From a virus, in IMG/VR virus record IMGVR_UViG_3300036399_001297, positions 1 through 64,000 of that record: a stretch of 64,000 nt of DNA. The stretch is one strand, 5' to 3'. The notes under the pieces were generated by a model. The model made no database searches. It was not told where the DNA came from and saw only the letters and a program-made list of their open reading frames with translations. Position 1 is the stretch's first letter; every line of letters starts with the position of its first letter. Positions 27,924 to 37,047 of the stretch are shown here, piece after piece. Position numbers and translations under genes: made by a program.

Positions 27924-29723
27924 ATGAAAAATATTATATTTGAAACTTTAAAATTTCAAAACTTTCTATCGGTTGGGAATTCGCCAATCGAAATTAATTT
28001 TACTCAAGGTATTAATATAATAACCGGAGAAAATCTAGACAATATAGGTAGTAGAAATGGCATAGGAAAAACTACTATATTAAATGCTTTATATTGGAAT
28101 ATTTTTGGAGAGACTATCAACGATCTTAAAAAAACAAGAATACAAAATAATAAAAGTAAAGATGAATGTTTTAGTGTTTTAAATTTTAGTGCCGAAAAAG
28201 ACCTTTTTAAGATCAAAAGAGTTTTAGAGCCAGCATCAATAAAAATTTTTAAAAACGATGAAGATATAACATTATCTACTATCGAAAAAAACAATGAATA
28301 TATATGTGATGTATTGGGGGTAAATCAAGATGTATTTAAAAATTCTGTTATATTATCGTCAGATAACACCATACCTTTTATGGCGCAAAAGAAAATAGAA
28401 AAGAGAAAGTTTATAGAAGGCGTCATGAATTTAAATATTTTCAGCGAAATGCTTTTAAAAATAAGAAAGGATTACAATGACACTAAAAAAATTTCTGATA
28501 CAAAAACCGTTCTTTTTACCAGCGAGCAAAAAAATCTAGATAATTTAAAAAAACAAAAAATAAACAACGAAATTCTTAAAAATGAAAAAATTGAATCGTT
28601 ATTAAATAGAATCGAAGACAATAAGAAAGAAATTAAAAATATACAGAATAATGATTTTGATGTAACAAATACCATTAAAAACCTACAAGAAGAGTTGTAT
28701 AATAAAGAAGAAAAAATAAACGACATCGAAACAAAAGATTTTATAAAAATAAATGAAAAGTTAAAAGATTTTGAAATTTCTTTAAATGTAAAGAAATCAA
28801 AAATAATAGATTTGAATAAAGAATTAGACAATCTTAAAAAAGCAACAGGTGTTTGCCCTAGCTGTAAAAGACCTTACTCGGAAGATAAATGTTCAAGCGA
28901 AGATAGAATAAATGAAATAACAACAGAACTTGATAACCTAAAGAAAGACTTTAACGATATTTCCGATGAAGACGAAACATTAAAACTTAAATTAAACAAA
29001 ATAAAAGAGATATTACAACAATCAAAAATTAAAAACGTTCAAATAAAAAAAGAAATAGAAAGACTTAAAAATTTAGATAATCAGATTAAAATTATAGAAA
29101 CTAAAAACGAAGAGATATTAAAAAATATAGAAGCACTAAAGGATGAAAAAGACAATACTGATATATTAATAGAAAATTTAACAACCGAAATAAAAACAAT
29201 ACAAGAAGAAATAAAAACCTTATACAAAGAACTCGACATCCTAGAAAACGCTAAATTGATAGTTTCAGAAGACGGTGTTAAAACTATAATCATAAAGAAA
29301 ATTTTAAAATTTTTAAATGAAAGATTGAACTTTTATCTTTTAACACTAGAAGCACCATGTTCATGTTATTTTGACGATACATTCGATACGACCATAAAAA
29401 CATTAAACGGTAAAGATATGGATTATTGGAATTTATCTGGTGGAGAAAGAAAAAGAGTTGATGCTGCTGTAATTTTTACATTTCAAGATTTATTAAAAAT
29501 GCAAACTGGTATAAATTTTAACATCAGTATATATGATGAATGGGCTGATAGCGCATTAGATGAAAAAGGACTGGTAAAATTTTTGGAAATTTTAAGAAAT
29601 AAAGTTAATAAAGAAAACGAATCAATATATATAATATCTCACAATCCAAATATTTCCAATATGGACATAGATAATATAATATTCCTACAAAAGAAAAACG
29701 GTATTACTTCTATTAAAGTATAG
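27924..29723 (+). CDS. 46: recombination ATPase subunit gp46 (SbcC/Rad50)
   Basis: NFLSVGN, NGIGKTT, CPSC zinc hook within coiled coil, LSGGE, IYDE, IISH. Confidence 0.94.
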   Translation: MKNIIFETLKFQNFLSVGNSPIEINFTQGINIITGENLDNIGSRNGIGKTTILNALYWNIFGETINDLKKTRIQNNKSKDECFSVLNFSAEKDLFKIKRVLEPASIKIFKNDEDITLSTIEKNNEYICDVLGVNQDVFKNSVILSSDNTIPFMAQKKIEKRKFIEGVMNLNIFSEMLLKIRKDYNDTKKISDTKTVLFTSEQKNLDNLKKQKINNEILKNEKIESLLNRIEDNKKEIKNIQNNDFDVTNTIKNLQEELYNKEEKINDIETKDFIKINEKLKDFEISLNVKKSKIIDLNKELDNLKKATGVCPSCKRPYSEDKCSSEDRINEITTELDNLKKDFNDISDEDETLKLKLNKIKEILQQSKIKNVQIKKEIERLKNLDNQIKIIETKNEEILKNIEALKDEKDNTDILIENLTTEIKTIQEEIKTLYKELDILENAKLIVSEDGVKTIIIKKILKFLNERLNFYLLTLEAPCSCYFDDTFDTTIKTLNGKDMDYWNLSGGERKRVDAAVIFTFQDLLKMQTGINFNISIYDEWADSALDEKGLVKFLEILRNKVNKENESIYIISHNPNISNMDIDNIIFLQKKNGITSIKV

Positions 29724-29758
29724 TTGTAATTTGTTAAAAATATGTAATTATAGTATAC

Positions 29759-31066
29759 ATGGCAATTTCACTTAGAGAAAACGATAGTAATATTAATAAT
29801 AAAGTTGTATATCAATATAACATTATAAAATCAGGATTTCCTAATGCTCCTGTTGGAATGCCAACAGGATCTCCAAGCTATTCTTATGTGGCGGCAAGTC
29901 CTATAAAAGTACCAGAACCACCTCCAATAGAAATGCCAGAAGCAAATTTACCTAGAGCATTAAATTATTATGCTGATTACGGTGGCTGTGGATATTGGCG
30001 CATGATTTGGCCAGAATACCTTATTAATGGGTATAATAAAGGTATTATATCGGGAATGACTCAAATGATACTTGATATGCGTTTTTATAGTTCATTAAAA
30101 GCCGTTAGAATGCAAAGACAAGCCACCGATTCTCAGGTTGCATTTGTAGAAGAATTACAAAAAGTCAAAAAACAAATGGGATTCCGTTTGATCTATGAAA
30201 TTGATGATATAGCACTAAGAGATGATATTCCTCTTTATAATAGATGCAGAGATGCTTTTACAGACCAAAAGATTGTAGATAATATCATGAAAGTTATGGG
30301 ATCGGTTGACGAAATAACCGTAACATGTAAATTCATGAAAGATTACTACCAAGATAAAACTGGTAATAAAAATATTACAGTTTTACCTAACTATGCTCCA
30401 AAATTCTGGCTGGATAAATATTACGATAGAAAAAAATTAGAAAATAATTTTGATAAAAATAAGAAAAGACCTAGAATACTATATGCTGGATCAGGAACTC
30501 ATATTGACGTTCTAAATAGAACAGGCGGCAAGGATGATTTTGGTCATATTGTTGAGTCTATTATAAAGGCTAGAAAGAAATTTAAATTTGTATTTAAAGG
30601 ATGTTATCCAGTAGCATTGAAACCATTCATCAATTCAGGTGAAATGGAATTTCACAATTGGTCGCCTTTATTTGAACTACCGAAAGGATTAGAAGAATTG
30701 GGCTGTAATGCAGTATATGCGCCTTTGGTTGATAATATTTTTAACAAGTCTAAATCTAATATTAAAATGATTGAATCCGGTGCTATCGGCCTACCCGGTG
30801 CATTCCAAGATCTTTGTACCTACGAAGAAGCACCGTTTAGATTTAAAACCGGAGATGAATTAATAGATCAACTATCTACGATAACAAAAGATTTTGATTC
30901 TTATATCAAGCATTCTACCAATGCTAGAAAATATGTTGAAACGATGTGGCTTGAAGATCATATCAACGAATATGAAGCCGTATATTTCACAGAATATGGC
31001 AGCAAAGAGAGAAATAAAAATGCTCCTAGATTGATAGAACTTAACCCCGAACAAAAAATAAATTGA
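29759..31066 (+). CDS. GT-B fold glycosyltransferase
   Basis: ADYGGCGYWRM, YEIDD, RILYAGSGTH, APLVDNIFNKSKSNIKMIE. Confidence 0.8.
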   Translation: MAISLRENDSNINNKVVYQYNIIKSGFPNAPVGMPTGSPSYSYVAASPIKVPEPPPIEMPEANLPRALNYYADYGGCGYWRMIWPEYLINGYNKGIISGMTQMILDMRFYSSLKAVRMQRQATDSQVAFVEELQKVKKQMGFRLIYEIDDIALRDDIPLYNRCRDAFTDQKIVDNIMKVMGSVDEITVTCKFMKDYYQDKTGNKNITVLPNYAPKFWLDKYYDRKKLENNFDKNKKRPRILYAGSGTHIDVLNRTGGKDDFGHIVESIIKARKKFKFVFKGCYPVALKPFINSGEMEFHNWSPLFELPKGLEELGCNAVYAPLVDNIFNKSKSNIKMIESGAIGLPGAFQDLCTYEEAPFRFKTGDELIDQLSTITKDFDSYIKHSTNARKYVETMWLEDHINEYEAVYFTEYGSKERNKNAPRLIELNPEQKIN

Positions 31067-31090
31067 CGGTCATAAAAAATATTGTATACT
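31063..31090 (+). promoter_or_regulatory. sigma70-type promoter of the DNA polymerase gene
   Basis: TTGACG-16 nt-TATACT-6 nt-ATG(31097). Confidence 0.7.
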
Positions 31091-31096
31091 ATTTCG

Positions 31097-33658
31097 ATGG
31101 GGTTTCGCAATATTTTTTATAACAATAAAACAAATTCTATTCATCTGTGGACGTGGGATGAAAACGGAAATCGGACAGAATTCGATCAAACCGTAGAACC
31201 TTATTTTTTTATAGAATCTAATGATGCTAATGACGGTGTTTCTATTTTTAAATCAAATCTAAAAAAGATAAAATTTGAAAATAATTATGATAGAAAGAAT
31301 TACTTGGAATCATCGCCAATTAAAAAAATATATCACAATCTACCAATAGAACAGCAATATCTATTAGATACATTCAAAACTGGTATTAAAGATGAACACC
31401 CCTTAAAAATTTTCTATCTTGATATCGAAACTTATGCAACCAATAGAAAATTTTCCACACCAGAAGAAGCATCAGATCCCATAAATCTCATAACTATATA
31501 TGATAGTTTGTCTAAAAAATTTTATACATGGGGATTAAAACATTCTTATTATACAAAGGATGATGATGTTATATACACAAAATGCGATTCTGAAAAAGAA
31601 TTATTAGTTTTATTTTTAAAATTTTGGCGGTCAGATTATCCAGATGTGGTTACTGGATGGAACTCTCATGGGTATGATATTCCTTATATTATAAACAGAA
31701 TCGAAAAAGTGTTGGGTGAGGATAAAAATAAAAAACTTTCTCCTGTAAATAAAATATGGCTTAAACCCAAAGCATCCGTAAATCTAAAAGGACAAGCAAA
31801 AGATAGGTGGATAATATATGGAATATCCCATCTAGACTATATGGACGTTTATCAAACCTTTGCTTTAGGGGATAGAGAATCGTATTCTTTGAATTATATT
31901 TCCGAATACGAATTAAAGGAACAGAAAGTGGCCTTTAATTCCGTATCATTGTCAGATTTAGCCGATACAGATTGGCATACCTTCGTAGATTATAATATCC
32001 AAGACGTAAAACTTCTTATTAAACTTGAAGAAAAGTTAAAATATTTAAAATTAGTTAAAAATTTAGCATACAAAGGATTTATTCCATTCGAAAGAGCGAT
32101 GGCAAAGGTGCAACTAATTACAGGAGCAGTAGCATTTCAAGCTCTCAAAGATGGTATGTATATACCAACATACAATATACAAAACGAAAAGGGAAAGTTT
32201 GAAGGCGGGTATGTCAAAGAACCCGTACCCGGTCTGTATGAAAATATCGTAACATATGACGCTAATTCTTTGTATCCGAATACAATTATAACCTTAAACA
32301 TATCACCCGAAACTAAAGTGGGTAAAATTACAAAAATAGAAAATAATAATTACCATTTATTACTTTCAAATAATAAAGAGGTTGTTATATCAAAAGAAAA
32401 ATACGATAAATTAATAACAAAAGAAAACCTAGCTGTATCTAAATCCAATGTACTATATACTCAAAAATTTAAAGGAGTAATACCAAAATTTGTAGACAAT
32501 CTTTATGATCTTAGAGTAAAAGCTAAAAAAGAACAAGGTAAATACGAAAAATTGTATTCAAAAGAAACCGATATAAATTTAAAAGCAAAATACGAAGAAC
32601 TTATTACCGATAATAAAACGTTATCGGAAGTTTATAAAGTGGTCTTAAATTCTTGTTACGGTGTATTCAGTCAAAAATATTCACCTTTATTTGATCTAGA
32701 CCATGCCGAATCCATAACTTTAACAGGACAATCTGCGGTTAAACAAGGCGCTCAAATAATGTTTGATAAATTTATATCAGAAGGAATCGATTGTAAATTT
32801 GATGATATAATTAGATATTCTGACACTGACAGTATATTTATAGAATTTACAAAAATACTGAAAGATAGAAATATAAATCTAGCAAAAAATAATTTGATCG
32901 AAAAAGATTCAAACACCTTGATAGAAAATTTTGGAGATTATCTAAACGCAGAAATACAAGAATGGGCTAAAAAAGAATTAAATTCATTAGACCCTCGATA
33001 TGTTTTCAAAAGAGAAAAAATATGTGATATTGCGGTTCTACAAAAGAAAAAATTTTACATATTACATATTTTGGATAGTGAAGGGATTGCTAAAAATGAA
33101 TTTCTATATAAAGGAATCGAAGTAGCCAAATCTATCATGTCAAAAGAAGTTAAAAGTCTTATAAAAAATAGTATAGAAACAGCAATTCTTTCTAAGAATA
33201 AAGAAACATCGATGAGAATTTTCAATGAAAGTTTTGAAAAATTTCTGAATTTCAACGAAGAATTACTATCGGTTAGAAAAAAAGTTAACGATTATGATAA
33301 AGGAGAAAGGGGATATGTTGATGGTAAATACGCACTAGGTACACCAAATCATACTAAGGCCGCTATAAATTATAACGAACTTCTCAAAAAATTAGAAATT
33401 GATAACAAATATTTAAAAATTGGAAACGGCCAAAAATTTAAATTTTTCTATTGCGAAAGAAATAAATATGGATATTCAAATATGGGATTTTTTACAGATT
33501 ATCCAGAAGAATTTAAGACTTATATAAAACCAGATTATAAATTAATGTTTGAAAAAACTATAGCTCCTGTTATCGGAAGAGTTTATTCTATTATCGGATG
33601 GCCAAAACCTAAAGTTGGATTCGATTATCATACAAACCTATTAGACCTCTTCTCTTAG
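31097..33658 (+). CDS. 43: family B DNA polymerase gp43
   Basis: ExoI LDIET, GWNSHGYDIPY, YNIQDV, YDANSLYP, KVVLNSCYG, YSDTDS; start reassigned to the ATG at 31097. Confidence 0.96.
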   Translation: MGFRNIFYNNKTNSIHLWTWDENGNRTEFDQTVEPYFFIESNDANDGVSIFKSNLKKIKFENNYDRKNYLESSPIKKIYHNLPIEQQYLLDTFKTGIKDEHPLKIFYLDIETYATNRKFSTPEEASDPINLITIYDSLSKKFYTWGLKHSYYTKDDDVIYTKCDSEKELLVLFLKFWRSDYPDVVTGWNSHGYDIPYIINRIEKVLGEDKNKKLSPVNKIWLKPKASVNLKGQAKDRWIIYGISHLDYMDVYQTFALGDRESYSLNYISEYELKEQKVAFNSVSLSDLADTDWHTFVDYNIQDVKLLIKLEEKLKYLKLVKNLAYKGFIPFERAMAKVQLITGAVAFQALKDGMYIPTYNIQNEKGKFEGGYVKEPVPGLYENIVTYDANSLYPNTIITLNISPETKVGKITKIENNNYHLLLSNNKEVVISKEKYDKLITKENLAVSKSNVLYTQKFKGVIPKFVDNLYDLRVKAKKEQGKYEKLYSKETDINLKAKYEELITDNKTLSEVYKVVLNSCYGVFSQKYSPLFDLDHAESITLTGQSAVKQGAQIMFDKFISEGIDCKFDDIIRYSDTDSIFIEFTKILKDRNINLAKNNLIEKDSNTLIENFGDYLNAEIQEWAKKELNSLDPRYVFKREKICDIAVLQKKKFYILHILDSEGIAKNEFLYKGIEVAKSIMSKEVKSLIKNSIETAILSKNKETSMRIFNESFEKFLNFNEELLSVRKKVNDYDKGERGYVDGKYALGTPNHTKAAINYNELLKKLEIDNKYLKIGNGQKFKFFYCERNKYGYSNMGFFTDYPEEFKTYIKPDYKLMFEKTIAPVIGRVYSIIGWPKPKVGFDYHTNLLDLFS

Positions 33659-33865
33659 TTTTTTTAAAAATTCTTTAGCCCAATTACTTACACGTTTTTG
33701 GTATTCATCTTGAAAATTATCTATGCGATCTATCAATTCTTGGTATGAATCAGTTTCTATTATTTCATCTTCCAATTTAAGATGAGTTCCGTAAAACTTA
33801 TCAGTTTCGGGTTGAACCCAAATTTTAAAATTTTTATAATTTTTATTTAAAAGTCTCCAGTTCAT
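33641..33865 (-). CDS. hypothetical protein
   Basis: 74 aa, converging on and overlapping the polymerase end. Confidence 0.5.
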   Translation of the reverse strand: MNWRLLNKNYKNFKIWVQPETDKFYGTHLKLEDEIIETDSYQELIDRIDNFQDEYQKRVSNWAKEFLKKLREEV

Positions 33866-33921
33866 AAATAATTTTTGATTTGTACTTGAATTATTTATCC
33901 AATGTGTTAAATTAATAATGT

Positions 33922-34320
33922 ATGGAAAACACTACAGAAACAGAAACAGAAACAAAAACAAAACTTATAACATTCCTCGATCCTATTGGCAGAACCATCT
34001 TAGGTGAACAAGAACAATGTGAAACACAATTTGCGGTAAAAAACCCCGTAATTCTTCATGTCGTATCTGATAATCAAGGTCGCATGTCTGTTCAACTATT
34101 GCCTCTATTCTTTAGAGAATTTTTGGCCGATAAATCTGAAGATGTTATTTTTTATTACAACTGTTCTAATATTACAAAAACAAATCTAGAAAGTTTGGAT
34201 TTCAGACTTCAGGCTCAATATAATCAACTCTTTAATAAGAGCAATGTGTTCGTTCCTCCTAGTGCTGAAACGGTAAATACCGGAAAATCAGAAAAGGTGG
34301 TAAATTTATTCGAAGAATAG
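33922..34320 (+). CDS. hypothetical protein
   Basis: 132 aa with its own upstream TTGAAT promoter-like site and a downstream hairpin. Confidence 0.65.
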   Translation: MENTTETETETKTKLITFLDPIGRTILGEQEQCETQFAVKNPVILHVVSDNQGRMSVQLLPLFFREFLADKSEDVIFYYNCSNITKTNLESLDFRLQAQYNQLFNKSNVFVPPSAETVNTGKSEKVVNLFEE

Positions 34321-34341
34321 TTTATATAAAAACTACAAAAG

Positions 34342-34376
34342 AAATCCCGAAATGTTTTGACATTTCGGGATTTTTT
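34342..34376 (+). terminator. intrinsic terminator overlapping the uvsX promoter
   Basis: 14-bp stem aaatcccgaaatgt/acatttcgggattt plus T-run; contains TTGACA (34357-34362), with TATTAT at 34379-34384 and ATG at 34391. Confidence 0.8.
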
Positions 34377-34390
34377 GTTATTATATCCAT

Positions 34391-35242
34391 ATGGCTAAAA
34401 CTAAAAAAGAAAACCTAGAAAACGAACCCCTCGCTGACATTGACGATGCTTTTAAAATCCTAGATGATTTAAATCCAGACGCAGCATTTCTAAATGAGAA
34501 TACCCTTTCCACAGTTAAGGAATGGATAGACACTGGTTGTATGGCTTTAAACGCTATAATTTCGGGTTCGTTGTATGGCGGTATACCTATGGGTAGAATT
34601 ACAGGATTTGCTGGACCCCAAGCATGTGGAAAAACTTTAATGGTTAATAAAATAATGGCTCATGCTCAAAAGAAGGGTATGAGAGTAGCTTATTTTGATA
34701 CTGAAAATGCTCTTGATCCTGATACAGCATCAAATTTAGGATGCGATCCATCAAAAATTAAACATTGTCCAACAGAGGTAATCGAAGAATGTAGAAATCA
34801 AATTGTAAAATTTTTGAAAAGCATCATCGATAATAATCTACAGGGAAAAGTTTTGTTGGTTATAGATTCTTTGGGAAATCTTATATCCTCTAGAGAAGCA
34901 AAAGTAATCGAAGACGGAAAAGATTCGGCAGATATGGGTGCGAGGGCTGTTGCGTGTTTATGTCCAAATACACTTATACACACCATAGACGGAGTTAAAA
35001 AGTTATCCGATTTAAAAATAGGAGATTTTGTTTTGACTCATTTAGGTAGATATAAAATGATAACAAATAAGTGGGAAACAAACCATAAAGAATATATTAA
35101 AATAAAAACAAAAAATTCTTATATTTTATTATCAATAAATCATAAACTTTTAGTAAAAAGAAATTCAAAACTATCATATATAGAGGCCCAAAATATTAAA
35201 CCTACTGATAAATTATTAAAGTTTAACGAGCAAAATCATTAA
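34391..35242 (+). CDS. uvsX: RecA-like recombinase UvsX, N-terminal part (188 aa) fused to a split-intein N-fragment
   Basis: IDTGCMALN, GPQACGKT, FDTENA, VIDSLGNL, ADMGARAVA, then intein sequence CLCPNT. Confidence 0.93.
   Translation: MAKTKKENLENEPLADIDDAFKILDDLNPDAAFLNENTLSTVKEWIDTGCMALNAIISGSLYGGIPMGRITGFAGPQACGKTLMVNKIMAHAQKKGMRVAYFDTENALDPDTASNLGCDPSKIKHCPTEVIEECRNQIVKFLKSIIDNNLQGKVLLVIDSLGNLISSREAKVIEDGKDSADMGARAVACLCPNTLIHTIDGVKKLSDLKIGDFVLTHLGRYKMITNKWETNHKEYIKIKTKNSYILLSINHKLLVKRNSKLSYIEAQNIKPTDKLLKFNEQNH
34955..35242 (+). mobile_element. split intein N-fragment (95 aa) of UvsX
   Basis: block A CLCPNTLIHT, KKLSDLKIGDFVLT, block B SINHKLLV, IEAQNIKPTDKL, then stop. Confidence 0.92.
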
Positions 35243-35273
35243 AATGTAGAGCAAAATACATAAGTATGAATAT

Positions 35274-36380
35274 ATGGAAAATATATTCATAAATTATTTT
35301 AAAAAGAATAAAATAAAATTATCAGAAAAATCATGGAATAATTTAACTCTTATAAAAAATATAAGAGTTGAAAAATTTTTATCAATACCTAAAAACGAAA
35401 CTAGATATAAATGGTTTTGTGATTATGACGGAACATCAACAGCTTTAAATTTTGTAAGAAAAAATAGCAAAAAAATAATGATAGAAAAACTTTGTTATAT
35501 ATGTGAAAGTAGTTTAGGTGAACAAACTTTATCAAAACAATTTTCTTTTATATATTCAAGTAATAACGAAAATCTCAAACCATCATCACATTTAAATAAA
35601 ATGTGTTTTAATTGCGCCACAAGAGAAAATTCTAAAAACGGATTAGAGAAAAGAAAAAAAACATGCTTAGATAAATACGGCATAGAATATAAAATTTTAG
35701 ATTCTGACGTAATTAAAAATAGAAAAAAAATTTTAACCGATAGATACGGTGAAAACTATAAAGAATTTTTTTGGGAAAAAGCAAAAAACACTTATATAAG
35801 AAAACTTGGCGTTTCTCATAATACAAAAATTCCAGAAGTTCTGGAAAAAATGGTAAAAAATAGATTAGAAACATTAAAAACCTTATCTCCGGAAAAATGG
35901 AAAGAATGGTCTGATAATAAAATAAAGGCATATAACAAAGAAGGATCTAGTGGATTATTTGGCAGAAATGATTTTGATGGAAATAGTAAGATAGCTAAGG
36001 ATTTTATATCTAAACTTATAAATGTATTAAATCTGCAAGAGAACGAATATATTACAGAAAAACCACATTCGAAATATAATATTGATCTTTATATAAAAGA
36101 TTTGGTTATAGTAGAATTTTATGGTGATTTTTGGCACGCAAATCCAGAAATATATAAACCAGATGACATTATAGGTGTAAGTTACAACACAATTACCGCG
36201 AAAGAGAAATGGGAAAAAGACGCTTACCGAATAGAAAAATTAAAAAACGAATTAAATCTTCCGGTTATAATTGTATGGGAAAAATCATATAAAGAAAATA
36301 AAGATAAAATAATACTTGATATAATCAAAAATATTAATATAATAAAAACCAACAAAGAAATTAAAACATATGTTTATTGA
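35274..36380 (+). CDS. free-standing homing endonuclease, Vsr-like PD-(D/E)xK type
   Basis: C-terminal YNIDLY..IVEFYGDFWHANP..WEKDAYR..VIIVWE; N-terminal KKTCLDKYG-type DNA-binding repeats; TAAGTA at 35261-35266. Confidence 0.85.
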   Translation: MENIFINYFKKNKIKLSEKSWNNLTLIKNIRVEKFLSIPKNETRYKWFCDYDGTSTALNFVRKNSKKIMIEKLCYICESSLGEQTLSKQFSFIYSSNNENLKPSSHLNKMCFNCATRENSKNGLEKRKKTCLDKYGIEYKILDSDVIKNRKKILTDRYGENYKEFFWEKAKNTYIRKLGVSHNTKIPEVLEKMVKNRLETLKTLSPEKWKEWSDNKIKAYNKEGSSGLFGRNDFDGNSKIAKDFISKLINVLNLQENEYITEKPHSKYNIDLYIKDLVIVEFYGDFWHANPEIYKPDDIIGVSYNTITAKEKWEKDAYRIEKLKNELNLPVIIVWEKSYKENKDKIILDIIKNINIIKTNKEIKTYVY

Positions 36381-36507
36381 AAATAATTACGAAGAAATTG
36401 ATATACTAGAAATCACAAAAATAGAAGAAGAAAAAACTTTAATAGACATTTCTGTTGAAGAAGATGAGACATTTTGTATTACTGATGAAAGAATTATAAG
36501 TCATAAT
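36370..36507 (+). mobile_element. split intein C-fragment (46 aa) of UvsX
   Basis: block F LIDISVEEDETFC, block G IISHN followed by Cys+1. Confidence 0.93.
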
Positions 36508-37041
36508 TGTAAGTCTATGCTTAGAGCGATTACACATACAGCAGCAAAGGCTAATTGTCCTGTTGTTTTCACTAATCATATTTACGACAATCCTGGTGCG
36601 ATGTATCCAACCTTGATTAAAAACCAATCGGGTGGTTCTGGTCCTCTGTATATGAGTTCGGTACTGGTTCAGATGTCTACAAAGCAGGAACGAGTCGGAA
36701 AATCTGATAATAAAAATTCAAATGATGATGTCACACCTTTATCCAAAGATGTTAACGGATTAACAATGAGAGCATTGACTACAAAAAATAGATTCGTTCC
36801 TCCATTTTTGGAATGTGAAATGTATCTAAATTTTAGAACCGGACTTTCTAAATATTCAGGATTATTGGAAATGGCAGAAGGTTACGGTGTAATAGCAAAA
36901 CAAGGTCATAGATACGCTCTTGGAGAAGAAGTTTTAGGGTTTTATAAAGATTGGAGAGAAGATGAAATCGTCTGGAATAAGATCTTACCAAAACTTGAAG
37001 AGAAATTGCAAACCGAATTGAAGTTTAAAAAAGAAGATTAA
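36370..37041 (+). CDS. uvsX: split-intein C-fragment fused to the UvsX C-terminal part (177 aa)
   Basis: intein ends IISHN; extein CKSMLRAIT, VFTNHIY, SGGSGPLY, TTKNRFVPPF. Confidence 0.93.
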   Translation: MFIENNYEEIDILEITKIEEEKTLIDISVEEDETFCITDERIISHNCKSMLRAITHTAAKANCPVVFTNHIYDNPGAMYPTLIKNQSGGSGPLYMSSVLVQMSTKQERVGKSDNKNSNDDVTPLSKDVNGLTMRALTTKNRFVPPFLECEMYLNFRTGLSKYSGLLEMAEGYGVIAKQGHRYALGEEVLGFYKDWREDEIVWNKILPKLEEKLQTELKFKKED

Positions 37042-37047
37042 TCATTA

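Noticed and set aside
28004-29293. Hydrophobic minus-strand ORFs inside gene 46, and similar short ORFs nested in genes 43, 5, the hub gene and the endonucleases
   Set aside because: Phe/Leu/Ile-rich antisense ORFs are expected opposite Lys/Glu/Asn-rich coding sequence in AT-rich DNA.
33931-33963. acagaa hexamer repeat
   Set aside because: It is a short in-frame low-complexity stretch (TETETETKTK) with no sign of phase variation.
34391-37041. uvsX as a pseudogene or as interrupted by a group I intron
   Set aside because: Both halves keep intact catalytic motifs and complementary intein blocks. The gap before the endonuclease is 31 nt and its end overlaps the next ORF, leaving no room for an intron core.
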